Origin: Thermaerobacter sp.
GTDB lineage: Bacteria > Bacillota > Sulfobacillia > Thermaerobacterales > Thermaerobacteraceae
NCBI GenBank assembly: GCA_036562425.1
Contig: DATCKH010000156.1
Coordinates: 1-54,585 of the forward strand
Direction: 5' to 3'
DNA: 54,585 nt
Shown: positions 27,604-35,872 of the stretch, one piece after another
Position numbering within the stretch: position 1 is the stretch's first letter
How the letters are laid out: the number at the start of each line of letters is the position of its first letter
The notes under the pieces: generated by a model
Seen by the model: the letters and a program-made list of their open reading frames with translations, nothing else
The model's database searches: none
What the model was told of the DNA's origin: nothing
Translations under genes and position numbers: made by a program

Positions 27604-30080
27604 GGCCGCCCACCTCCCCTGCCGTTCCCCGCCCCCGTGCCGGATGCCGCCTGCCCGCGGCGGTGGCGCCGGCCGTCAGGCCCGATGCCGTGCTTGCGCA
27701 GCAGTTCCAGCACGCGCCGGCGCGTCAGCGGCAGCTCCCGCACGGGGATGCCGGTGGCGTGGAAGAAGGCGTTGGCGATGGCCGCGGCGGTGGGAATGAT
27801 GGGCGGCTCGCCCGCCCCCTTCACCCCCAGGTTGTTGCCAACCGGGTCCGGTTCGTCGGTGAAGGCGTGGTGCAGGGGCGGAACGTCCGCCACCGTCGGC
27901 ACCGCGTAGGTCTCCAGGTTGTCGCTCAGCACCCGGCCGCTGACGGGATCCAGCACCCGTTCCTCCATCAAGGCGAAACCCAGGCCCTGGATCATGCCGC
28001 CTTCGATCTGGCCTCCCGCCGTCAGGGGGTTGACCACCCGGCCGATGTCATGGACGGCCCACAGTTGCAGCACCTGGATCTCCCCGGTCAGGGGGTCCAC
28101 CGCGATCTCGGCGAACTGGGCGCCGAAGGTGTGGATGGCGTAGTCGTCCGGGTTGGGGCCGCGGGATCCCTTGCCGATCACCATGTAGTTGCCCAGCGTC
28201 CGGGCGAGTTCGGTCAGGTCCACGCCGCGGTCGGGCGCCCCCTTGACCTGGACCCGGCCGGGATACACCAGCTCCAGGTCCCGCGGATCCGCTTCCAGCA
28301 GCCCGCCGGCCAGCTCCAGGATCTGCCGGACGGCGTCGGCGGCCGCGGAACGCACCGCCGGGCCCATGGAGGGCACGGTCATGCTGCCGGCACCGATGGG
28401 GGCGTAGGGCCCGCCGTCGGTGTCGCCCAGTAGCACGCGCACCCGCTCAATGGGCAGGCGCAGTTCCTCGGCGGCGATCTGGGCCAGCACCGTGCGCGTG
28501 CCGGTGCCGATGTCCTGGGTCGCGGTCACCACCGTCACCGTGCCGTCGGGTTGCAGGCGCACCTCGGCGTGGGCGGGCGGGCCACCGGCGCCACCCCAGA
28601 TCTGGCTGGCCATGCCTACGCCCCGGAGCTTGGGCCGGCCGCCGTGGCGGCCCGCCGGCTGGCCGGTCGTGCCGCCGCCCGCCCGGCCCGGGGCGCCGTC
28701 ACCGCCGTCCCCGGCACCGGACGTGCTGCTGAGGGTGAGGCCCCCGGCCCGCCGTTTCTCTTCCCAGCCGAAGGCTCGCGCCCCGAGCTCGTAGGCCCGG
28801 CGCAGCCCCTTGCTGGAATAGGGCCGGCCACTGGTGGGATCCACCTCCGCGTAATTGCGCAGCCGCAGCTCCAGGGGATCCAGGCCCAGCCGGGCGGCCA
28901 GTTCATCCAGCAGCGACTCCAGGGCGAAGGTCCCCTCCACGTAGCCAGGGGCACGGAAGGCCGAGGCCGGCCCGGTATGGGTGTGGACGGGCACCTCCAC
29001 CGTCCGCACGTTGGCACAGGCGTAGAGCTGCCGGGCGGGGCCGCCGATGGGGCCGGCGCTGCCCATGATCCCCACCGCCGCGTAAGCCTCGAGGTCGATG
29101 GCCGTCAGCCGCCCGTCTCGCCTGGCTCCGATGCGCAGCTTCTGCAGCGTGCTGTGGCGGTTGCCTGCCGCCAGGTTCTCCGCCTGCCGGTCCAGCACGC
29201 AGCGCACGGGCCGGCCGAGCTGCCGGCTGAGGACACCGGCGAGGGCGGTGTGCTTGGCAAGGCTGTTCTTGCTGCCGAAGCCGCCGCCCATGTACTCCTT
29301 GATCACCCGCACGTTGCTGACGGGCAGGCCGAAGAGCTCGGCGAAGCGTTGCCGGACACCGAAGAGGTGCTGGGTGGAATCGTAGATGGTCACCTTGTCG
29401 CCGCGCCAGTCCACCACGCTGCCGTGGGTCTCCATGCTGTTATGTAACTGGGCCGGCGTGCGGAAGGTGCCCTCCACCACGACGTCGGCCTCCCTGAGCC
29501 CGGCTTCCACATCCCCGCGGGAGTAACGGGTGGCCCGGTCCCAGCGCACGTTCCCCTGGGGCCGGACCTGAGGAGCGTCGGGCTTCATCGCCTCCTCCAG
29601 GTCGACCACGAAGGGCAGCGGCTCGTACTCGATCTCCAGGAGGGCCGCGGCATCGCGGGCGGTGTCCTCGTCCACGGCGGCCACCACGGCCACCTCGTCG
29701 CCGTGGAAGCGCACCACGGGTTCCAGCAGCAGGTCGCCCTCCCGCCCCCAGCGGATGGGCGGGCAATTTTCGTGGGTCAGCACCGCCAGCACGCCGGGAA
29801 GGGCCAGTGCCCGCTCGGCGCGGATGCGGCGGATCCGGGCGTGGGGGTACGGGCTCCGCACCACCACGGCGTGCACCATGCCGGGTAGCCGCACGTCGTG
29901 GGTGTAGCAGGCACGGCCCGTCACCCGCTCCACCCCGTCCACGCGGGCGTGCGGGCGCCCCACGTAGCGCAGTTCCTCCTTATCAGGCAGGGGATCGGCC
30001 GCCGGGTCCTCCTCCACGACGACCCAGCTCTCCCGAACCCGGCCTTCGAACTCGAAGCGGGTGCGCACGAGCCGTGGCAT
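27600..30080 (-). CDS. xanthine dehydrogenase / aldehyde oxidase family molybdopterin-binding (large) subunit
   Basis: 826 aa. Ald_Xan_dh hammerhead and MoCo-binding domains are present (..MGGGFGSK.., ..GQIEGGMIQGLG..). Confidence 0.92.
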   Translation of the reverse strand: MPRLVRTRFEFEGRVRESWVVVEEDPAADPLPDKEELRYVGRPHARVDGVERVTGRACYTHDVRLPGMVHAVVVRSPYPHARIRRIRAERALALPGVLAVLTHENCPPIRWGREGDLLLEPVVRFHGDEVAVVAAVDEDTARDAAALLEIEYEPLPFVVDLEEAMKPDAPQVRPQGNVRWDRATRYSRGDVEAGLREADVVVEGTFRTPAQLHNSMETHGSVVDWRGDKVTIYDSTQHLFGVRQRFAELFGLPVSNVRVIKEYMGGGFGSKNSLAKHTALAGVLSRQLGRPVRCVLDRQAENLAAGNRHSTLQKLRIGARRDGRLTAIDLEAYAAVGIMGSAGPIGGPARQLYACANVRTVEVPVHTHTGPASAFRAPGYVEGTFALESLLDELAARLGLDPLELRLRNYAEVDPTSGRPYSSKGLRRAYELGARAFGWEEKRRAGGLTLSSTSGAGDGGDGAPGRAGGGTTGQPAGRHGGRPKLRGVGMASQIWGGAGGPPAHAEVRLQPDGTVTVVTATQDIGTGTRTVLAQIAAEELRLPIERVRVLLGDTDGGPYAPIGAGSMTVPSMGPAVRSAAADAVRQILELAGGLLEADPRDLELVYPGRVQVKGAPDRGVDLTELARTLGNYMVIGKGSRGPNPDDYAIHTFGAQFAEIAVDPLTGEIQVLQLWAVHDIGRVVNPLTAGGQIEGGMIQGLGFALMEERVLDPVSGRVLSDNLETYAVPTVADVPPLHHAFTDEPDPVGNNLGVKGAGEPPIIPTAAAIANAFFHATGIPVRELPLTRRRVLELLRKHGIGPDGRRHRRGQAASGTGAGNGRGGGRP

Positions 30081-30745
30081 CAGGAGCTCCCCCCTTCCCC
30101 GCCGCCCTGCTCACGGTTTCCTGTGGAGATTCCCTGCTCACCGCGTCCCCGCTGGCCGTCTCCGCCCCCGTCATCGCCGTCGCCCGCGGCGGCCGCCTCA
30201 TGGCCATCCCCTCCCATGAGCTCCGCGGCCCGCAGGGCGGCCGCCACGATGCGCGGGTATGCCCCGCAGCGGCACAGGTTGCCCGCCACCGCGGCCACGG
30301 CCTCTTCCCGCGTGGGACGGGGATTGCGGTCGAGCAGGGCCTTGATGGCCATGATCTGGCCCGGGGTGCAGAAACCGCACTGGTAAGCGTCGAGCTCGAG
30401 GAAAGCCTGCTGGATCGGGTGCAGGGCGTCGCCGCGGGACAGGCCTTCGATGGTTTCCACCCGCCGCCCGTCGCAACTGGCGGCCAGCACGAGGCAGCTA
30501 TAGACCAGCTCCCCGTCCACCAGCACGCTGCAGGCCCCGCAGTTGCCCGTATCGCAACCGAGCTTGGTGCCGGTGAGCCCCAGATCGTCGCGGAGGAAAG
30601 CCAGCAGCGTCCGGCGTGCCGGTACCTCGCCCCGCCACCGCTGGCCGTTGACGGTGAGGTCGATGAGGACCCGCTCGCGGAACTGCGGCCCGGTCTCTGC
30701 CGGACGCGACGCGGGATCGCCGGAGGGTTCATGGGATGCGATCAA
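30080..30745 (-). CDS. (2Fe-2S)-binding small subunit of the same oxidoreductase
   Basis: TTG 30745 has GGGGGAGAGGGG 4 nt upstream. Motifs: ..GCDTGNCGACSVLV.. and ..QCGFCTPGQIM..CRCGAY.. The stop overlaps the large-subunit ATG by 1 nt. Confidence 0.9.
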   Translation of the reverse strand: MIASHEPSGDPASRPAETGPQFRERVLIDLTVNGQRWRGEVPARRTLLAFLRDDLGLTGTKLGCDTGNCGACSVLVDGELVYSCLVLAASCDGRRVETIEGLSRGDALHPIQQAFLELDAYQCGFCTPGQIMAIKALLDRNPRPTREEAVAAVAGNLCRCGAYPRIVAAALRAAELMGGDGHEAAAAGDGDDGGGDGQRGRGEQGISTGNREQGGGEGGSS

Positions 30746-30843
30746 GGCGCCCCTCTCCCCCTTGTCGGTTCGTCCGTCCCGGATCACACGGAGGTACCCA
30801 AGGCACGTGGCCTCGGAAGGTTCACCTACGGGGTGGCCCTTCG

Positions 30844-31647
30844 TTACCGGCCCCGCCACTGGGGTGCACGCTTCTCCAGGAAGGCGCGCATGCCTTCCTT
30901 TTGATCTTCCGTCGCGAACAGGCTGTAGAACAGCCGCCGCTCGTGCTCCAGGCCGGCGGACAGCGGCGTCTCGTACGCCTGCAGGACCGCGGCCTTGGCC
31001 AGCTGGACGGCGATGGGTGGCATCTGGGCGATCTCGTGGGCGAGGCGCAGCGCCTCCTCGAAGCACTGCTCGTCGGGTACGACCCTGGTGACCAGGCCCC
31101 ACGCCTCCGCCTCGCGGGCGGGGATCATGCGCCCGGTCAGGATCGCCTCCATCGCCTTGTACTTGCCCGCCACCCGCGTCAGGCGCTGGGTCCCGCCGGC
31201 CCCCGGAATCACGCCGATCTTGATCTCGGGCTGGCCGAACCGCGCCGTCTCGGCGGCGATGATGATGTCACAGCCCATGGCCAGCTCAAACCCGCCGCCC
31301 AGGCAGTAGCCGCTGACGGCAGCGATGACGGGCTTGCGAAGGCGCCACAGGCGCTGCCACGAGCCCAGCAGGTCGTCCCGGGTGACGTCGGCCAGGCCCT
31401 TGTCGGCCATCTCCGCGATGTCCGCCCCCGCCGCGAAGGCCCGCTCGTTGCCGGTCAGGACCATGCAGCGGATCGCCTCGTCCCGGTCGAAGGCGGTCAG
31501 GGCGTCCGCCAGTTCCTCGATGAGTTCCCGGCACAGGGCGTTCAGCACCTTCGGCCGGTTGAGCCTGACGATGCCCACCGGCCCGTCGGTCTCTACGAGC
31601 AGGTACTTGTACTGCGGTGTGCGCGCGTCCCCTGCTGCCCCGTTCAC
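30844..31647 (-). CDS. enoyl-CoA hydratase (crotonase family)
   Basis: GTG has GGAGGTGA 6 nt upstream; 267 aa. Motifs: ..AFAAGADI.., ..GYCLGGGFELAMGCD.., ..GQPEIKIGVIPGAGGTQRL.. Confidence 0.93.
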   Translation of the reverse strand: MNGAAGDARTPQYKYLLVETDGPVGIVRLNRPKVLNALCRELIEELADALTAFDRDEAIRCMVLTGNERAFAAGADIAEMADKGLADVTRDDLLGSWQRLWRLRKPVIAAVSGYCLGGGFELAMGCDIIIAAETARFGQPEIKIGVIPGAGGTQRLTRVAGKYKAMEAILTGRMIPAREAEAWGLVTRVVPDEQCFEEALRLAHEIAQMPPIAVQLAKAAVLQAYETPLSAGLEHERRLFYSLFATEDQKEGMRAFLEKRAPQWRGR

Positions 31648-31836
31648 GCTGGGTCACCTCCGCCCATCGGATTCGAGCAGGAGGAATGGCTTTCCTTTTG
31701 CGGCGGCTGCGGAGGGGTGCGGGGGGACCTCCCTGCCCTGGGACCGGCCCGCGAGCCCGATCTGGTATCATCATGGGGGTACGGGGATGCGCGGGGAGCA
31801 CCCAACACCAGCAGGTACGAGAATGGAGGCTGGACT

Positions 31837-33285
31837 TTGCATCACCTGCGGCAGGCCATCCACAACGACCCCGGTAGCCCGCTTCCCTGGACCCTGCTGC
31901 CGTCCGCCTGGCTCGATCCCTCTCCCGGCGGGCCCAGCCGGCCCTGGCGGCCGGAATGGCGGCTGGCGCCGCGGCCGCTGACGCCCTATTCGGCCGCCGC
32001 CCTGCAGCGGGTCCTGCCGGGCCTCACGGCGCGCATCAGCAGGGAACTGGCCCTGCCCAGCGGCGGCGTCGAGATCGATATTCGCCAGGGGTACGTCTTC
32101 ACCCGGCCGCTGCCCTTGACCGGCCTGACCCGCTGGCTCCCGCTGCGCGCCGCCCTGCACGGCCTGCGGGCCGGCCGGGTGGGTTGGGAACTGGTGCGCT
32201 GGTGGGACGAGCAGGGCGCCCGCACCATCCTGGTGGACGTTAGCGAGCTGCGTTTCCGCATCGCCCCGCTGGAACGGCGCCCTCCCGAACCCCGGGAATG
32301 GGCCCGCGTCCTGGAACGCTGCCTGGAGGTGTGGCACGAGCACCTGGACCGGGTGCTGCGGGCCGAGGCGCTGGCCGCCCTCGGCCGCCTGCAGCTCCAG
32401 GCGCTGCTGGAGGCCTTCGGCGTCACGGAGGCCGCGGCGGCCGGGCAACCCGGCCGGCCGGTGACGGCCGACGATCTGATTCCCATCCCCGGCGTCGAGG
32501 CCGAGATCAACCAGCTCCTCCGCCACATGGCGGACCGTACCCGCCATGAGAAGGCCATCAGCGAGATCTTCACCGGCCCCGGCCGTGGCGCCGGGGAGCC
32601 CGGCGGGCCGGGCGCCGCGGTACCGGCCGCCGAGTTGCCCCGTCGCCTGTCCCGGCTGGCCGCTGAGCCCGGCCGCCTGGGCGAGGCGGGCCAGGCGTTT
32701 TTGGCCCAGTGGAACCAGTTCCTCGAACGCTACGGCCACCTGGCCTGGCCGCCGGCGGAACTGGCGGCACCCACCTGGGCGGAGGATCCGAGCCCGGCGC
32801 TACAGATCCTGGCCGCCCACTTGGCCGGCCGCGGCCTGAGCCCCGTGGCGGAGGAAATCAACGCCGAGCGGCGCCGCAAGGAGATTCTGGCCACCATCGA
32901 GGCGCACCTGCGCCACCGCCGCATCGACCGGCAGCGGCTGGAGGAGACGCGGCGCCTGGCGGAAGCCATGCGGCGGGTCGCCTCCGAGCTGGGCTACCAC
33001 CTGCTGCTGACCCGTTCCTGGTGGCGGCGGGCGGTGCTGCTGGCGGGGCGGGAACTGGCGGGGCGGGGCTGCCTGGCCGAGGCCGGCGACGTCTGGTACC
33101 TCACCCCGGACGAAGTGCTGGGGGCCCTGGCAGCCGGGGACACCGGTCAGCGGCCGGACCTGCAGGTGCTGGCTGCCAGCCGGCGCCGCGAGTGGGAAGA
33201 GGTCCTGGGCGGCACGCCTCCCTGGGTGGAGGCGCGGAATGGAGGACGAAACGAGCGGGATGGACGAGCGGACGAACCCGACTGA
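31837..33285 (+). CDS. hypothetical protein (482 aa), faint resemblance to the N-terminal region of PEP-utilising / phosphotransferase-type enzymes
   Basis: TTG 31837 has GGAGG 7 nt upstream. Composition looks coding and it is helix-rich. I recognise no confident family. The ..AGDVWYLTPDEVLGAL.. segment recalls the end of PPDK_N-type domains. Confidence 0.6.
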   Translation: MHHLRQAIHNDPGSPLPWTLLPSAWLDPSPGGPSRPWRPEWRLAPRPLTPYSAAALQRVLPGLTARISRELALPSGGVEIDIRQGYVFTRPLPLTGLTRWLPLRAALHGLRAGRVGWELVRWWDEQGARTILVDVSELRFRIAPLERRPPEPREWARVLERCLEVWHEHLDRVLRAEALAALGRLQLQALLEAFGVTEAAAAGQPGRPVTADDLIPIPGVEAEINQLLRHMADRTRHEKAISEIFTGPGRGAGEPGGPGAAVPAAELPRRLSRLAAEPGRLGEAGQAFLAQWNQFLERYGHLAWPPAELAAPTWAEDPSPALQILAAHLAGRGLSPVAEEINAERRRKEILATIEAHLRHRRIDRQRLEETRRLAEAMRRVASELGYHLLLTRSWWRRAVLLAGRELAGRGCLAEAGDVWYLTPDEVLGALAAGDTGQRPDLQVLAASRRREWEEVLGGTPPWVEARNGGRNERDGRADEPD

Positions 33286-33640
33286 GGCGAGGACCGGGGC
33301 GGCGACGGAAACAACCCGCGGCTCGGGGGAACCCTCCGCCCCGGCGCCCTACACGCACTCCCAGGAGGAGATCGAGCGCGCGCGCCAGCGGGCCCTCAAG
33401 GTCTTCCGCTACGGGGCGATCGCTTTCTTTCTGCTGCTGGGTCTGATCGCTCTGCTCCTGCACCTGCAGGGCGTCCTCTGGATCGCCCTCCAGCTGCTGG
33501 CGGCCGGCGTGTTCTTCCTGGTGCTCCTCTCGCTGCCCTTCCTCCTCCTCGGGGGCTTGTTGGTGTTGCTCTTGCGACGGGGGCGCCGGGACGAGGGGGC
33601 CGGTGGCGGCGGGAATCCGGGGCGGGAGCGTACGGGCTAG
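33239..33640 (+). CDS. small membrane protein (2-3 TM) with acidic N-terminus
   Basis: ATG has GGTGGAGG 6 nt upstream. It overlaps the upstream gene by 47 nt in another frame. Hydrophobic core: AIAFFLLLGLIALLL..LLAAGVFFLVLLSLPFLLLGGLLVLLL. Confidence 0.45.
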   Translation: MEDETSGMDERTNPTEARTGAATETTRGSGEPSAPAPYTHSQEEIERARQRALKVFRYGAIAFFLLLGLIALLLHLQGVLWIALQLLAAGVFFLVLLSLPFLLLGGLLVLLLRRGRRDEGAGGGGNPGRERTG

Positions 33641-33665
33641 CCTGCGGGCCCGCCCGCACCGGCGG

Positions 33666-34079
33666 TCATTCCTCCCCGTCGGGATCCGGCAGCGGCAGCC
33701 GCTGCGTGGCGGCGGCCACGGCCTCCTCGTGGGCGGCACGCCGGGGGAGGTGCCCGCTCCGCTCCAGGCCCTCGCGCACCAGGTGGGCCAGGCTGCTTTC
33801 CTCCAGCCGGCCGATCATCTCTTCCAGGGACGAACCGGCGCACGCCCAATTGTCCTTGATGGAGTCGTAGCAGAACAGCAGCCACCCGCGCGGGCAGCGG
33901 TAGATCTCCACCCGGCCCGGCCGCGTGAAGGGCTCGACCCGGGCCACCAGGTCACCCTCGAACCGCACCCGGTTCCCGTCCCGTGCCGTGATCGCGGTCA
34001 CCTTGCCGATCTCATCGAGCACCGTGGCCGACTCCCGGGCTCCCGCGGGCCGGCTCAGCCGGACCTCCAGTTCCTGCAC
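33666..34079 (-). CDS. hypothetical protein (137 aa)
   Basis: GTG has GGAGGTG 8 nt upstream. Composition is non-repetitive and it lies downstream of the BtuF-like gene on the same strand. No family recognised. Confidence 0.55.
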   Translation of the reverse strand: MQELEVRLSRPAGARESATVLDEIGKVTAITARDGNRVRFEGDLVARVEPFTRPGRVEIYRCPRGWLLFCYDSIKDNWACAGSSLEEMIGRLEESSLAHLVREGLERSGHLPRRAAHEEAVAAATQRLPLPDPDGEE

Positions 34080-34203
34080 CAGTGGTCCACCTCCATGCGC
34101 CTCCCGGCACCCGCGGGCCTCCCTCCTTGACCCGCCCGCAGGGCTCAGGGATCCGTCACCACCGGCCGCCGGCGGGCGTAGCCGCTGGCGCGCTCCCGGG
34201 AAC

Positions 34204-35073
34204 TCACGGACCCGGCGGCCCTTGCTCCCGGGAGGGCGGCGGGCCGCCCTGGCGCGGCCATGCCAGGCCGGCTCGCTGGCACGCCGTCTCCGGCGGACCG
34301 TCCAGGATGGCGGCCAGCATCTCCAGCGCCTCGATCAGCCGCGGCCCGGGGCGGCCGAACCGGTCTTCCGGCAGCGGGTAGATCCGGCCCTCCCGTGCCG
34401 CCCGCAGGCCCGCCCATCCCGGCCGCGCCAGCACCTGCTCCTGGTTCATCCACGACTGGAGGCTGCCGCACCAGCACACCAGCACGGCATCGGGGTCGCG
34501 GCGCAGGACCTCATCCGGCGCCACCGGCGCGCTGGTGGCGGCCAGGTCGGCGAAGATATTCTGCCCCCCCACCAGTTCCGCCATGTCGGTGAACCAGCTC
34601 AACCGGCCGGGGGTGATCAGCGGCTTCGGCCACCACTCCAGGAACAGGCGCCACGACCGGCCCCGGGCCGCGGCTACCCGGGCCATGCGCCGGCGTACCC
34701 GCTCCGCCCGTTCTTCCAGTTGCGCCACCAGGCGATCGGCCTCGGCCTCACGGCCGGTGGCGGCGCCCACCTGGCGGATGGAGGCCAGCACCTCCGGCCA
34801 GCGGCGGGGATTGAGGACGATATGGGGAATGCCCCGCCGCCGCAGGCCCTGCACGTTGTGCTCCATGCCGGGCACGCTGAGGGAGGCCAGCACCAGGTCC
34901 GGCCGCAGCGCCTCGACCCGGTCCAGGTCCACGCGCAAGTCCGGTCCCACCCGGGGCAGGCGCGCCACCTCCGGCGGGTAGTCGGAGTGATCGTCCACGC
35001 CCACCACCTGCGGCCCCAGGCCCAGGGCGAAGGCGATCTCCGTGTTGCTGGGCGCGATGGAGACGATCCGCAT
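34204..35073 (-). CDS. BtuF-like periplasmic-binding-fold (cobalamin/siderophore type) protein without a signal peptide
   Basis: ATG has GGGGGAGGGGGG upstream. MRIVSIAPSNTEIAFALGLG..VVGVDD.SDYP.. is typical of the PF01497 cluster-A binding-protein fold. It starts directly with the mature domain. Confidence 0.8.
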   Translation of the reverse strand: MRIVSIAPSNTEIAFALGLGPQVVGVDDHSDYPPEVARLPRVGPDLRVDLDRVEALRPDLVLASLSVPGMEHNVQGLRRRGIPHIVLNPRRWPEVLASIRQVGAATGREAEADRLVAQLEERAERVRRRMARVAAARGRSWRLFLEWWPKPLITPGRLSWFTDMAELVGGQNIFADLAATSAPVAPDEVLRRDPDAVLVCWCGSLQSWMNQEQVLARPGWAGLRAAREGRIYPLPEDRFGRPGPRLIEALEMLAAILDGPPETACQRAGLAWPRQGGPPPSREQGPPGP

Positions 35074-35144
35074 GCCGCTCCCCCCTCCCCCGCCGCGCGA
35101 CCCGGGCGGGCGCAGCGGAACGGCCTGAATTTCGGCCCGCCGCG

Positions 35145-35717
35145 CTAGCCGGCCAGTTCCAGCTCGCCGGCGATCCCTCGCAGCGCCTCGATGACGTTGG
35201 CGATGTGCTCGTCCAGGGGGACCCCCAGTTCCTCGGCGCCGCGGATCACGTGCTCGCGGCTCACGCCCTTGGCGAAGGCCTTGTCCTTGAACTTCTTCTT
35301 CACCGACTTGACGGTCAGGTCGGCCAGCCCGTTGGGCCGCACCAGGGCGCAGGCGATGACGAAACCGACCAGTTCGTCCACGGCGTAGAGGGTTTTCTCC
35401 ATCCGCGTCTCCCGCGGCACGCCCGTGTGATCACCGTGGGACAGGATCGCGCGGATGATCTCCTCGGGCCAGCCCCTTTCCCGCAGGATCTCCGCGCCCC
35501 GGAAGGGGTGATCCTCCAGGGAGGGGTAACGGTCGTAGTCGAAATCGTGCAGCAGGCCGGTGATGCCCCACTTCTCCTCGTCCTCGCCGAACAGCCGCGC
35601 ATAGTACCGCATCGCGGCTTCGACGCCCAGGGCGTGCTTGATCAGGTGGGGCGACTTGGTGAACTCGGTCAGCAACTGCCAGGCCGCCTCGCGGTCGAAG
35701 CGCGTCTCTGCCAACAC
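35145..35717 (-). CDS. HD/HDIG-domain metal-dependent phosphohydrolase
   Basis: Start is GTG 35717 or TTG 35714, after GGAGGG. Motifs: ..HLIKHALGVEA.., ..GLLHDFDY.., ..ILSHGDH..; about 190 aa. Confidence 0.85.
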   Translation of the reverse strand: MLAETRFDREAAWQLLTEFTKSPHLIKHALGVEAAMRYYARLFGEDEEKWGITGLLHDFDYDRYPSLEDHPFRGAEILRERGWPEEIIRAILSHGDHTGVPRETRMEKTLYAVDELVGFVIACALVRPNGLADLTVKSVKKKFKDKAFAKGVSREHVIRGAEELGVPLDEHIANVIEALRGIAGELELAG

Positions 35718-35732
35718 CCATCCCTCCGCTGC

Positions 35733-35778
35733 CCCGCCATGCGACACCCGGCCGGGCGGCCGGGTGTCGTATGGCGGG
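35733..35778 (-). promoter_or_regulatory. long (about 20-bp stem) hairpin in the HD-gene leader, ending 10 nt before the Shine-Dalgarno
   Basis: CCCGCCAT(a)CGACACCCGGCC gccc GGCCGGGTGTCG(c)ATGGCGGG on the minus strand, read directly. Confidence 0.8.
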
Positions 35779-35783
35779 AAGTC

Positions 35784-35815
35784 GCTGTGCATCCTGCCAA
35801 GCTGTGCATCCTGCC
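35784..35815. repeat. 2 x 15-bp direct repeat GCTGTGCATCCTGCC (17-bp period)
   Basis: Copies at 35784-35798 and 35801-15. On the gene strand they read GGCAGGATGCACAGC twice, immediately downstream of the candidate promoter. Confidence 0.9.
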
Positions 35816-35831
35816 GAATTGTTTGGTTTAC

Positions 35832-35860
35832 AGGATAGCGCGCCTCTCTCGCGATGGCAA
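35832..35860 (-). promoter_or_regulatory. candidate promoter for the HD gene (TTGCCA-17-TATCCT)
   Basis: The -35 is the complement of 35855-35860 and the -10 is the complement of 35832-35837, with an exact 17-nt spacer. It sits in an AT-richer island just after the moaA stop. Confidence 0.45.
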
Positions 35861-35872
35861 ATCGGTGGGGGT

